A stretch of 32,000 nt of DNA from Pseudomonas aeruginosa (GCF_001457615.1 NZ_LN831024.1:5880001-5912000); one strand, 5' to 3'. Shown: positions 15,126-24,103, counted from the first letter of the stretch. Numbers and translations: made by a program. The notes: generated by a model from the letters alone, not told the origin.

Positions 15126-15159
15126 CATGAAAAAACCGCCCGAAGGCGGTTTTTTCATG
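15126..15159. terminator. Bidirectional rho-independent terminator (pilin-like gene + / pckA -)
   Basis: Perfect palindrome catgaaaaaaccgcc-cgaa-ggcggttttttcatg: a GC stem (accgcc/ggcggt) flanked by A7 and T6 runs. Confidence 0.85.
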
Positions 15160-15174
15160 GTGCCGAAACGTGGC

Positions 15175-16716
15175 TTACAGCTGCGGGCCGGCGGCCTTGA
15201 TCGCATCGGAAACCTCGAATTTCTTGAAGTTTTCGATGAACTGCTTGGCCAGGCCCTTCGCCGCCTCGTCGTAGGCAGCCTTGTCAGCCCAGGTGTTGCG
15301 CGGGTTGAGCAGATTGGTCTCGACGCCCGGAACGGCCTTCGGCACGTCCAGGTTGATGATCTCCAGGTGCTCGGTTTCCGCGCCGATCAGCGCGCCGCTC
15401 TGGATCGCCGCGATCACGCCACGGGTGGTCGGGATGTTGAAGCGCTTGCCGACGCCGTAGCCACCGCCGGTCCAGCCAGTGTTGACCAGGTAGACCTTGG
15501 AGCCGAAGGCCTTGATGCGCTTGATCAGCAGCTCGGCATAGACGCCGGCCGGACGCGGGAAGAAAGGAGCACCGAAGCAGGTGGAGAAGGTCGACTTGAT
15601 ACCGCCGCCGGAACCCATCTCGGTGGAGCCGACCAGCGCGGTGTAGCCGGACAGGAAGTGGTAGGCCGCCTGCTCATTGTTCAGGATCGATACCGGCGGC
15701 AGTACGCCGGTCAGGTCGCAGGTCAGGAAGATCACCGCGTTGGGCTCGCCGCCGAGGTTCTTCTCCGAACGCTTCTCGACGTGCTCCAGCGGGTAGGCGG
15801 CGCGGCTGTTCTGGGTCAGGCTGTCATCGGCGTAGTTGGGCACGCGCTCTTCGTCGAGAACCACGTTCTCCAGCACGGCGCCGAACTTGATGGCTTTCCA
15901 GATGACCGGCTCGTTCTTCTCGGACAGGTCGATGCACTTGGCATAGCAACCGCCTTCGACGTTGAACACCACGCCCTCGCCCCAGCCGTGCTCGTCGTCA
16001 CCGATCAGGTAACGGCTTTCATCGGCGGACAGGGTGGTCTTGCCGGTGCCGGACAGGCCGAAGAACAGGGTCACATCGCCCGCTTCGCCGATGTTGGCAG
16101 CGCAGTGCATCGGCAGCACGTCGCGCTCGGGCAGCAGGAAGTTCTGCACGGAGAACATGGCTTTCTTCATCTCGCCGGCATAGCGCATGCCTGCGATCAG
16201 CACTTTCTTCTGGGCGAAATTGAGGATCACGCAACCGTCGGAGTTGGTGCCGTCGCGCTCGGGCACGCATTCGAAGTTGGCGACATTGAGGACCTGCCAC
16301 TCGTCCTTGCCGGCCGGGTTGTACTGCTCCGGCTCGATGAACAGGCAACGGCCGAACAGATTCTGCCAGGCGGTAGCGGTGGTCATCTTCACCGGCAGGT
16401 AGTAAGCCTCGGCGGAACCTACATGAACATGGGAAACGAAATGGTCCTGGGCGTTGTTGAACGCTTCCACGCGGGCCCACAGCGCATCGAACTTGTCGGC
16501 CGGGAACGGACGGTTGATGTTGCCCCAGGCGATCGCGTCCTTGGTGCTCGGCTCTTCGACGATGAAACGGTCGACCGGCGAACGGCCGGTGCGATGGCCG
16601 GTACGTACGACCAGCGAGCCGTTGGCGGCCAGTTCGCCCTCACCGCGGCGAATGGCTTCTTCTACCAGTTGGGCGGCGCTGATATCGGTGTACACGGCGT
16701 TGTTGGCTTGCGTCAT
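15175..16716 (-). CDS. pckA: Phosphoenolpyruvate carboxykinase (ATP)
   Basis: 513 aa. Kinase-1a motif [11 protein letters not shown], with IGDDEHGW and the other PckA-ATP family blocks. Unambiguous. Confidence 0.97.
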
Positions 16717-16831
16717 GTGGTTCCCCGTCGGCCAGAGGCCGAGTCCTCCAAACTTCGTAGCGCTTCAAAAAACTCACTACAGGAAAAAAGTGGCGGGATT
16801 ATGCCAGAAAAGCCCGCTGGATGAAAAATCG

Positions 16832-17725
16832 TCAGTGGCGGGTCTCGGAAGGCCCCTGGCTGCCAGCGCCAGCGAACAACTGGGCGACGTCGGAGGCGTC
16901 GAACAGGTAGCGCTGGTTGCAGAACTGGCAGTCGATGCTGATCGAGCCTTCTTCCTCCTCGAGCAGCCGCTCGCAGTCGGCCTGCCCGAGACTGACCAGG
17001 GCGTTGGCCGAACGTTCCCGCGAGCAACTGCAATGGAAGACCAGCGGTTGCGGCTCGAACAGGCGCACGGTTTCCTCGTGGTAGAGGCGGTGCAGGACGG
17101 TCTCGTTGTCCAGCGCCAGCAGCTCTTCGGCGGTCAGCGTGTCGGCCAGGGTGGTCAGGTGCTGCCAACTGGCCTCGCGGGCCTCGGGGTCCTTCAGGCG
17201 GTCGGCGGGAAGCTGCTGCAGCAGCAGGCCGCGGGCGCGGCGGCCGTTGGCGTTGAGCCAGAAACGGGTCGGCAGCTGTTCCGAGCTGGCGAAGTAGTTG
17301 GACAGGCATTCCGCCAGGTTCACCCCCTCCAGGGCGACGATCCCCTGGTAGCGCTGGCCCTTGACCGGGTCCACGGTGAGGGTCAGCACGCCTTCGGGCA
17401 TCAGTTCCTGCATGCCGGCGTCGGCGCCGATGGACTTCGCCGAATAGCGGGCCAGGCCACGCACCTGGCGGTCGCTGGAACACTCCACCATCAACAGCGG
17501 AACCGCGCCGCTGGAGCGCGCCTGCAATACCAGCAGGCCGTCGAACTTGAGCGTGCCGCAGAGCAGCGAGGCCGCCGCGAGCATCTCCCCGAGCAGCTGC
17601 GCGACCGGTTCCGGATAGGGATGTTTGGCCAGCACTTCGCTGTAGCTGCGCTCGAGATCGACCATCTCGCCGCGCACGTCGGTATCGTCGAAAAGGAAAC
17701 GCTGGCTCTGATCTGAATGGGACAT
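16832..17725 (-). CDS. hslO: Hsp33 redox-regulated chaperone
   Basis: Track ORF 16832..17890, trimmed to the ATG at 17725 ([24 protein letters not shown]). The C-terminal zinc/redox switch is CSCS...CQFC. Confidence 0.93.
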   Translation of the reverse strand: MSHSDQSQRFLFDDTDVRGEMVDLERSYSEVLAKHPYPEPVAQLLGEMLAAASLLCGTLKFDGLLVLQARSSGAVPLLMVECSSDRQVRGLARYSAKSIGADAGMQELMPEGVLTLTVDPVKGQRYQGIVALEGVNLAECLSNYFASSEQLPTRFWLNANGRRARGLLLQQLPADRLKDPEAREASWQHLTTLADTLTAEELLALDNETVLHRLYHEETVRLFEPQPLVFHCSCSRERSANALVSLGQADCERLLEEEEGSISIDCQFCNQRYLFDASDVAQLFAGAGSQGPSETRH

Positions 17726-17837
17726 GCGGGACACAACGCTACGAATGAGGGAATGACAAGTGAGTGACAAAGGCCTATAAAAGCGCGCTTCGTGACAGTC
17801 GTACGCCGACCCGGCGCCGATAGGGGGAAACGATTTT

Positions 17838-18641
17838 ATGGATAATGCCTCTCCGTTCCAAGCGGCCTGGCAATGGCGCAAGTTCGCCACCTGTCATCTT
17901 CTGGCGCTCCTGCTGCTGATCCTGTGGCTCTGGGGCCCCACCCGCGAGCTGATGAACGGCTTCGACTTCTGGCTCTTCGACAAGCTCAACGGCTCCCTCG
18001 CCCTCAACGAAACCTGGCTGAAACTCTGGGGCCTGCTCAGTACCCGACCGTTCGACGCGGTGGTCGGGGTGATCCTGCTCTGCCTGCTGATTCGCGGCGA
18101 CTGGCTGCTGCCGGCGAACCAGGTACGGCGGCTGACCTTCGGCTTCATCGTGACCCTGCTGATCCTGGTGGTGATCCGCGTGCTCTACGCGAAGATCGCC
18201 CACCATCTGCACTGGCAGCACGCCAGCCTGTCGATGCTGATGGACAAGGCCATCCACCTCAGCGACCACTTCCCGGACTGGGAACGCGTGTGGGAAATCA
18301 AGGACCGCTCCAAGCGCAGCTTCCCCGGCGACCACGCCTCGGTGCTGCTGGTCTGGGCGCTGTTCATGTCGCTGTTCGCTCGCCGCGCCGGGCAGTTCCT
18401 GCTGATCTGGACCCTGGCCGTGCTGTTCATGATGCCGCGCCTGGTAGCCGGCGCGCACTGGGGCCAGGACGACTACATCGGCGGCCTGCAGATGGCCCTG
18501 CTGGCCCTCGCCTGGGGCTGCTACACACCGCTGGCGGCGAAGGCCAGCGGCTGGCTGGTGCAGGTGACCGAACCGCTGTTCCGCCTGCTGGCGAAATTGC
18601 CGCTGATCGGCCGCCTCGGCGTGGTCCGCGACTCGGCCTGA
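17838..18641 (+). CDS. Polytopic membrane protein, PAP2 (acid phosphatase/lipid phosphatase)-like with a degenerate motif 1
   Basis: 267 aa with about 6 hydrophobic segments. FPGDHAS resembles the PAP2 PSGH motif, and [13 protein letters not shown] resembles SRxxxxxHxxxD. I found no clear KxxxxxxRP. The function is an inference. Confidence 0.55.
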   Translation: MDNASPFQAAWQWRKFATCHLLALLLLILWLWGPTRELMNGFDFWLFDKLNGSLALNETWLKLWGLLSTRPFDAVVGVILLCLLIRGDWLLPANQVRRLTFGFIVTLLILVVIRVLYAKIAHHLHWQHASLSMLMDKAIHLSDHFPDWERVWEIKDRSKRSFPGDHASVLLVWALFMSLFARRAGQFLLIWTLAVLFMMPRLVAGAHWGQDDYIGGLQMALLALAWGCYTPLAAKASGWLVQVTEPLFRLLAKLPLIGRLGVVRDSA

Positions 18642-18648
18642 GGCCATC

Positions 18649-18672
18649 CCGGTCTCCCCTGCGGGAGACCGG
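18649..18672. terminator. Hairpin between the convergent PAP2-like gene and hslR
   Basis: ccggtctccc-ctgc-gggagaccgg: a 10 bp stem with weak U-tracts on both sides. Confidence 0.45.
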
Positions 18673-18678
18673 CGCTTC

Positions 18679-19080
18679 TCAGTCCTGGCCGCCGCGCAAC
18701 TGGTGGATCTGCCGCCGCTGCTTCTTGCTCGGCCGCCCCTCTGTCTGTACGCCCAGCGCCCCGGCCTTGCGCATGGCCGCCGCGCGCTCGCGGCTTGCCA
18801 CGCTGTCCGCGGTTTCCTCGTAGAGAGCCTGGGCCTCCGGCGCGCCACGCCGGACTACGGAAAGCGCGCGAATGGTCACGGTTCGCTCGTCGAAGCCCGT
18901 ACGAATGGTCAACTCCTCCCCTACCCTGGGTTCCTTGCTCGGCTTGCACCGCTCGCCCCGGCAATGCACCTTGCCGCCCTCTATCGCGGCCTTGGCCAGC
19001 GCCCGGGTCTTGAAGAAGCGCGCCGCCCAGAGCCACTTGTCCAGGCGCACCTTGTCGTCGTCTTTCTCGCTCACTGGCAT
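18679..19080 (-). CDS. hslR: Hsp15 ribosome-associated heat shock protein (S4 RNA-binding domain)
   Basis: Track ORF 18679..19146, trimmed to the ATG at 19080 (MPVSEKDDDKVRLDKWLWAARFFKTRALAK). This gives 133 aa, colinear with E. coli HslR (VRLDKWLWAARFYKTRALA). The ATG at 19146 is a possible alternative start. Confidence 0.88.
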   Translation of the reverse strand: MPVSEKDDDKVRLDKWLWAARFFKTRALAKAAIEGGKVHCRGERCKPSKEPRVGEELTIRTGFDERTVTIRALSVVRRGAPEAQALYEETADSVASRERAAAMRKAGALGVQTEGRPSKKQRRQIHQLRGGQD

Positions 19081-19187
19081 TTCCCGTATTCGTTCCGCCG
19101 CTGTCTCGCGACGGTCATCGACAGCCGCTAGGTTCGTCTTCGGCATCCTCGGGCAGCCGCCTGGCGGCCGCCCATAGCCCTGCTAGA

Positions 19188-19718
19188 ATGCCGGCAAAAC
19201 GCCTGGAATGCCTACCCGTGAAGACATTCGACCAGCTTTCCGTCATCGGTCTGCGCGAGTGGATCGCCTTTCCCGAACTGGGCATGGTCGGGCTGCGCGC
19301 GAAGATCGACACCGGCGCCAGCACCTCCAGCCTGCATGCATCGGACATCGTTCCCTTCGAGCGCGACGGCGAGAAGTGGGTGCGCTTCACCGCCCACCTC
19401 GGCACGCTGGTGCAGCGCCGGCACCGTTGCGAAGCGCCGATGGTCGCGCGCAAGAGCATTCGCAGCTCCAACGGCCAGGCCCAGACCCGCTACGTGATCC
19501 GCACCACCCTGGCGCTGGGCGATCGCATGTGGCCGGTAGAGTTCACCCTGGCCTGCCGCAAGTCCATGCGCTATCGCGTGCTGCTCGGCTCCAAGGCGCT
19601 GATCGCCGGGCAACTGGTGGTCAACCCGGCCCTGGCCTACGTCCAGGATCGTCCCGAGTCGCCGGCCGCCCTGCCCGCGGCGACGAGCATCGACCTGCTC
19701 GACGGGAGCCCGGTTTGA
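19188..19718 (+). CDS. rimB: Retropepsin-like aspartic protease (DUF785 / 'ATP-dependent zinc protease' family), RimB-like
   Basis: 176 aa. Contains the aspartic-protease signature KIDTGASTSSLHA. It lies directly upstream of rimK, the arrangement described for rimB-rimK in Pseudomonas. The start (ATG 19188 or GTG 19218) is uncertain. Confidence 0.7.
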   Translation: MPAKRLECLPVKTFDQLSVIGLREWIAFPELGMVGLRAKIDTGASTSSLHASDIVPFERDGEKWVRFTAHLGTLVQRRHRCEAPMVARKSIRSSNGQAQTRYVIRTTLALGDRMWPVEFTLACRKSMRYRVLLGSKALIAGQLVVNPALAYVQDRPESPAALPAATSIDLLDGSPV

Positions 19719-19849
19719 GCCATTCGCCGGCAGCACCTGTCCAACCTCCATCCATTCCCGAAACGGCCGGTCCGATGCCTGCCGCGACGACAACCCACAG
19801 CCTCGCCGCCGCTGCCCGCCAGCCGGTCCAACCCATCCACAGGTGCTGA

Positions 19850-20755
19850 ATGAAAATCGCCGTGCTGTCGCGCAATCCCCGGCTCTACTCGACCCGTCGC
19901 CTGGTGGAGGCCGGGCGGGAGCGCGGCCATGAAATGGTGGTCATCGATACGCTGCGCGCCTACATGAACATCGCCAGCCACAAGCCGCAGATCCACTACC
20001 GGGGACAACCGCTGGAGGGCTTCGACGCGGTGATCCCGCGCATCGGCGCCTCGGTGACCTTCTACGGCTGCGCGGTATTGCGCCAGTTCGAGATGATGGG
20101 CGTGTTCCCGCTCAACGAGTCGGTCGCCATCGCTCGCTCGCGGGACAAGCTGCGCTCGCTGCAACTGCTGTCGCGCAAGGGCATCGGCCTGCCGGTGACC
20201 GGCTTCGCTCATTCCCCGGACGACGTCCCGGACCTGATCGAGATGGTCGGTGGCGCACCGCTGGTGATCAAGCTGCTGGAGGGCACCCAGGGCATCGGCG
20301 TGGTCCTCTGCGAAACCGAGAAGGCCGCCGAATCGGTGCTCGAGGCTTTCATGGGACTCAAGCACAACATCATGGTCCAGGAGTACATAAAGGAAGCCGG
20401 CGGCGCCGACATCCGCTGCTTCGTGGTCGGCGACAAGGTGATCGCCTCGATGAAGCGCCAGGCAGCGCCCGGCGAGTTCCGCTCCAACCTGCACCGAGGC
20501 GGCAGCGCCAGCCTGATCAAGATCACCCCGGAAGAACGCATGACCGCCATCCGCGCCGCCCGCGTGATGGGCCTGAACGTCGCCGGGGTGGACATCCTGC
20601 GCTCCAACCATGGTCCGCTGGTAATGGAGGTGAACTCCTCGCCGGGCCTGGAAGGTATCGAATCCACCACCGGCAAGGACATCGCCGGGATCATCATCCA
20701 GTACCTGGAAAAGAACGGCGGCCCCCACCTGGCCAGGACGAAGGGAAAGGGGTGA
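19850..20755 (+). CDS. rimK: Ribosomal protein S6 glutamate ligase RimK (ATP-grasp)
   Basis: 301 aa, starting [33 protein letters not shown], with ATP-grasp blocks throughout. Colinear with E. coli RimK. Confidence 0.95.
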
Positions 20756-20945
20756 GCCGGACCAGACAACGCATGCGTTGTCCCAGCCCATCGGACGCAC
20801 CGCATTACGCTGGCGATCCCGGCCTCGACAGAAGGTCCATGCCACGCTTGAATGAAGCACCGCCGCAACCGATGCCGGAAACCCCGCCGAACCCTGGGCT
20901 CTTCCGGCACTCGAATCCTTTCCTGACGCTTCACGGAATCGCCGC

Positions 20946-21869
20946 ATGACCTCTCGTCCTTCCTCCGACCAGACCTGGCAGCCCATCGACGGCCGGGTGG
21001 CGCTGATCGCGCCAGCCTCGGCCATCGCCACCGACGTGCTGGAGGCGACCCTGCGGCAACTGGAAGTGCACGGCGTGGACTACCATCTCGGCCGCCACGT
21101 CGAAGCCCGCTACCGCTACCTCGCCGGGACGGTCGAGCAGCGCCTGGAAGACCTGCACAACGCCTTCGACATGCCGGACATCACCGCGGTCTGGTGCCTG
21201 CGCGGCGGCTACGGCTGCGGCCAGTTGCTGCCGGGCCTGGACTGGGGGCGCCTGCAGGCGGCCTCTCCGCGACCACTGATCGGTTTCTCCGACATCTCGG
21301 TGTTGCTCAGCGCTTTCCACCGCCACGGCCTGCCTGCGATCCACGGCCCGGTGGCCACCGGACTCGGTCTGTCGCCGCTGAGCGCCCCCCGCGAGCAGCA
21401 GGAGCGGCTAGCCTCTCTGGCCTCGGTCAGCCGCTTGCTGGCCGGAATCGACCATGAACTCCCGGTGCAGCACCTCGGCGGACACAAGCAACGCGTCGAA
21501 GGCGCGCTGATCGGCGGCAACCTCACCGCCCTGGCCTGCATGGCCGGCACACTCGGCGGCCTGCACGCCCCGGCGGGGTCGATCCTGGCCCTGGAGGACG
21601 TCGGCGAACCCTACTACCGCCTGGAGCGCAGCCTCTGGCAATTGCTCGAAAGCATCGACGCGCGCCAGCTCGGCGCGATCTGCCTGGGCTCGTTCACCGA
21701 TTGCCCGCGCAAGGAAGTCGCCCACAGCCTGGAGCGGATCTTCGGCGAATACGCCGCCGCCATCGAGGTGCCGCTCTACCACCACCTGCCCAGCGGGCAT
21801 GGTGCGCAGAACCGAGCCTGGCCTTACGGGAAGACCGCGGTGCTCGAGGGAAACCGGTTGCGCTGGTAG
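20946..21869 (+). CDS. ldcA: LD-carboxypeptidase (muramoyl-tetrapeptide carboxypeptidase, peptidase S66)
   Basis: 307 aa. The S66 nucleophile elbow is GFSDISVL, with downstream E/H triad regions (LEDVGEPYYRLER ... HLPSGHG). Confidence 0.88.
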   Translation: MTSRPSSDQTWQPIDGRVALIAPASAIATDVLEATLRQLEVHGVDYHLGRHVEARYRYLAGTVEQRLEDLHNAFDMPDITAVWCLRGGYGCGQLLPGLDWGRLQAASPRPLIGFSDISVLLSAFHRHGLPAIHGPVATGLGLSPLSAPREQQERLASLASVSRLLAGIDHELPVQHLGGHKQRVEGALIGGNLTALACMAGTLGGLHAPAGSILALEDVGEPYYRLERSLWQLLESIDARQLGAICLGSFTDCPRKEVAHSLERIFGEYAAAIEVPLYHHLPSGHGAQNRAWPYGKTAVLEGNRLRW

Positions 21870-21945
21870 GGACGGGGCGCGCCCTTCTCCGTAAGCGCGA
21901 GAGGGGGCGGGAAGTGCCGCTGGAACGGCACAAACCCGTCAGGTA

Positions 21946-23265
21946 TCAGGCCGCGCCGCGCGGCAGCAGCAACCCCAACGGCAGGCAGACCCGCGCTTCC
22001 AGGCCGCCGCCATCGCGGTTGCGCAGTTCGACGCTGCCGCCGTGCTGGGCGGCGATGCGCTTGACGATCGCCAGGCCGAGGCCGGTGCCCTTGCCGCCAC
22101 GCGCCTTGTCGCCACGGATGAAGGGATTGAAGATGCTGTCCACTTCCGCGGGATCGATGCCCTGGCCGCGATCGAGCACGCTCAGCACCACGTAGGGCGC
22201 CGCGCTTTCGCCGGCCACGTAGCTGGCCACCTCCACCGAACCGCCGCCGTGGTTCAGGGCATTGTCGATCAGGTTGCCCAGCAGACGCTTCATCGACACA
22301 CGCCGCAACGGCATCGCCGGTACCGGTTGCAAGGCCATGCGCACCTGCTCGCGAGTCTGGTTGAACGGCGCCACGACCTCGCGCACCAGGTCGGTCAGGT
22401 CGCCCTCCTCCACCGGCTCGTCGCGGCCGTCGCGGATGAAGGCGAGGAACTGGTCGAGGATCGCGTCCATGTCCTCGATGTCGCGGATCATGTCCTCGAC
22501 CATCTCCCGTTCGCTCTCCGGCAGCAACTCCAGCGACAGGCGCAGGCGCGTCAGCGGGGTGCGCAGGTCGTGGGAGACACCGGCCAACATCAATTCGCGT
22601 TCGCGCCCGCCCTGCTCGATGTCCTCGGCCATCTGGTTGAAGGCGCGATACACCTCGGCCATTTCACTCGGCGTCTCCGGTCCCAGCGGCAGGCGCACGC
22701 TGCGCCCCTGGCCGAACTGGCGGGCGGCGACCACCAGGCGCTTGAGCGGCTGGCTGAGCTGGCGGACGAAGATCCAGGCGGCGGCGGTGGAGAGCAGGCC
22801 GATGCCGAGGAACCAGCCGAGCACGCTCCAGATCCGTTGGCCACGCAAGGGATGCGGATACAACGGCACCGCCAGCCAGCCTTCGCCGAGGCTCGGTGCG
22901 CGCACCCAGAGCTGCGACGGCTGGTGGATACGCAGGCGGGTCTCGGTGTCCGGCCCCAGCTCCATCTGCATCTGCCGCTGGAAGATTTCCGTGTACGGCC
23001 AGTGCTGCTCGCCGGGCTGGTCGGCGCTGCTCGGCACCCAGCGCAGGCCGGAAGCCTTGGCGATGGCCGCGCGCGACTCCTCGTCGGCAGCCCAGAACGC
23101 GCGGATGGTCAGCGCCGCGCCGTGGCTGTACTGGCGGTCGACGATCACGTCCTCGTTCATCAGCAGGTAGACCAGGGTCAGCGCCTTGGAGAACAGCACG
23201 ACGATCAGCACCAGCCAGAGGGTGCGGGCGAAGAAGCTTTGCGGGAACCAGAGCGGCGTTTTCAT
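21946..23265 (-). CDS. amgS: EnvZ-type sensor histidine kinase (AmgS in P. aeruginosa)
   Basis: 439 aa with two TM segments, a HAMP domain, the H-box GVSHDLRTPLTRLR, and the HATPase N/G boxes (DNALNHG, GTGLGLAIV). Confidence 0.92.
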   Translation of the reverse strand: MKTPLWFPQSFFARTLWLVLIVVLFSKALTLVYLLMNEDVIVDRQYSHGAALTIRAFWAADEESRAAIAKASGLRWVPSSADQPGEQHWPYTEIFQRQMQMELGPDTETRLRIHQPSQLWVRAPSLGEGWLAVPLYPHPLRGQRIWSVLGWFLGIGLLSTAAAWIFVRQLSQPLKRLVVAARQFGQGRSVRLPLGPETPSEMAEVYRAFNQMAEDIEQGGRERELMLAGVSHDLRTPLTRLRLSLELLPESEREMVEDMIRDIEDMDAILDQFLAFIRDGRDEPVEEGDLTDLVREVVAPFNQTREQVRMALQPVPAMPLRRVSMKRLLGNLIDNALNHGGGSVEVASYVAGESAAPYVVLSVLDRGQGIDPAEVDSIFNPFIRGDKARGGKGTGLGLAIVKRIAAQHGGSVELRNRDGGGLEARVCLPLGLLLPRGAA

Positions 23266-23323
23266 CGATCGGACCGGTTGCGCGCCGGCGGACGGGGCCG
23301 ACGCCTGTTGCGGGTAAGACGAC

Positions 23324-23351
23324 GCGGCCGGTGCATCGCTGCACCGGCCGC
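23324..23351 (-). promoter_or_regulatory. Perfect 12 bp GC-rich hairpin in the amgR-amgS spacer
   Basis: gcggccggtgca-tcgc-tgcaccggccgc. It begins 9 nt after the amgR stop and ends 59 nt before the amgS ATG. No U-tract follows on the coding (minus) strand. Confidence 0.5.
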
Positions 23352-23359
23352 GCGGAGAC

Positions 23360-24103
23360 TCAGGCCTTGCGCGCGTTGCCGTCCGGCACGAACACGTAGC
23401 CGACGCCCCAGACCGTCTGGATATAGCGCGGCTTGGACGGATCCGGCTCGATCAGCCGGCGCAGGCGCGAGATCTGCACGTCGATGGAACGCTCCAGGGC
23501 ATCCCACTCGCGGCCACGGGCGAGGTTCATCAGCTTGTCCCGGGTCAGCGGTTCGCGGGCGTGCTGCACCAGGGCCTTGAGCACGGCGAACTCGCCGGTG
23601 GTCAGCATGTGTACCTCGTCGCCCTTCTTCAGTTCGCGGGTGGCGAGGAACAGCTGGTAGTCGCCGAAGGTCACCACCTCGTCGGCACCGGCAGGCGCGC
23701 CGGGCACCAGCGGCGCCTGGCGGCGCAGCACGGCCTTGATCCGCGCCAGCAGTTCGCGCGGGTTGAACGGCTTGGCCAGGTAGTCGTCGGCGCCCAGTTC
23801 CAGGCCCTGGATGCGGCTGCCCTCGTCGCCCTTGGCGGTGAGCATGATGATCGGCACCTGGTTGTTCTGTTCGCGCAGGCGGCGGCAGGCAGTGAGGCCG
23901 TCCTCGCCGGGAAGCATCAGGTCGAGCACAACCAGCTGGAACAGTTCGCGGGATAGAAGGCGATCCATCTGCTCGGTGTTCTCCACCGCGCGGACGCGGT
24001 AGCCCTGCTCGTCGAGGAAACGTTCGAGCAGGCGGCGCAGGCGGGCGTCGTCGTCGACGACGAGGATCTTTTCACCTTCGGCCAGGGCGGCAGGGTTCGA
24101 CAT
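23360..24103 (-). CDS. amgR: OmpR-family response regulator (AmgR in P. aeruginosa)
   Basis: 247 aa. Receiver domain (ILVVDDD...VLDLMLPGEDG...IMLTAKG) plus a winged-helix Trans_reg_C domain (YIQTVWGVGYVF). High similarity to E. coli OmpR. Confidence 0.95.
   Translation of the reverse strand: MSNPAALAEGEKILVVDDDARLRRLLERFLDEQGYRVRAVENTEQMDRLLSRELFQLVVLDLMLPGEDGLTACRRLREQNNQVPIIMLTAKGDEGSRIQGLELGADDYLAKPFNPRELLARIKAVLRRQAPLVPGAPAGADEVVTFGDYQLFLATRELKKGDEVHMLTTGEFAVLKALVQHAREPLTRDKLMNLARGREWDALERSIDVQISRLRRLIEPDPSKPRYIQTVWGVGYVFVPDGNARKA

Noticed and set aside
14508-15160. The AT-rich patch plus the pilin-like gene as a recently acquired genomic islet or mobile element
   Set aside because: There is no integrase, transposase, tRNA target, terminal inverted repeat or flanking direct repeat. 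The segment is only about 650 bp and is bounded by ordinary promoters and terminators.
15127-16824. A 565 aa plus-strand ORF antisense to pckA
   Set aside because: A shadow ORF. It begins inside the bidirectional terminator and mirrors pckA exactly, and pckA has the P-loop and full family similarity.
17726-17870. A sigma32 heat-shock promoter for hslO (minus-strand CTTGGAA ... CCCCCTAT)
   Set aside because: The two elements resemble the CTTGAAA / CCCCATnT consensus, but they are 28 nt apart rather than 13-17 nt, and the -35-like element lies inside the neighbouring coding region.
20752-20949. A 65 aa ORF filling the rimK-ldcA spacer
   Set aside because: It starts inside the last rimK codons and ends inside the ldcA start. 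It is Pro-rich with no SD, so it is most likely non-coding spacer. I cannot fully exclude a small protein without Ribo-seq.
19637-21031. A 464 aa minus-strand ORF antisense to rimK and the neighbouring spacers
   Set aside because: A shadow ORF. The rimK identity on the plus strand is unambiguous.
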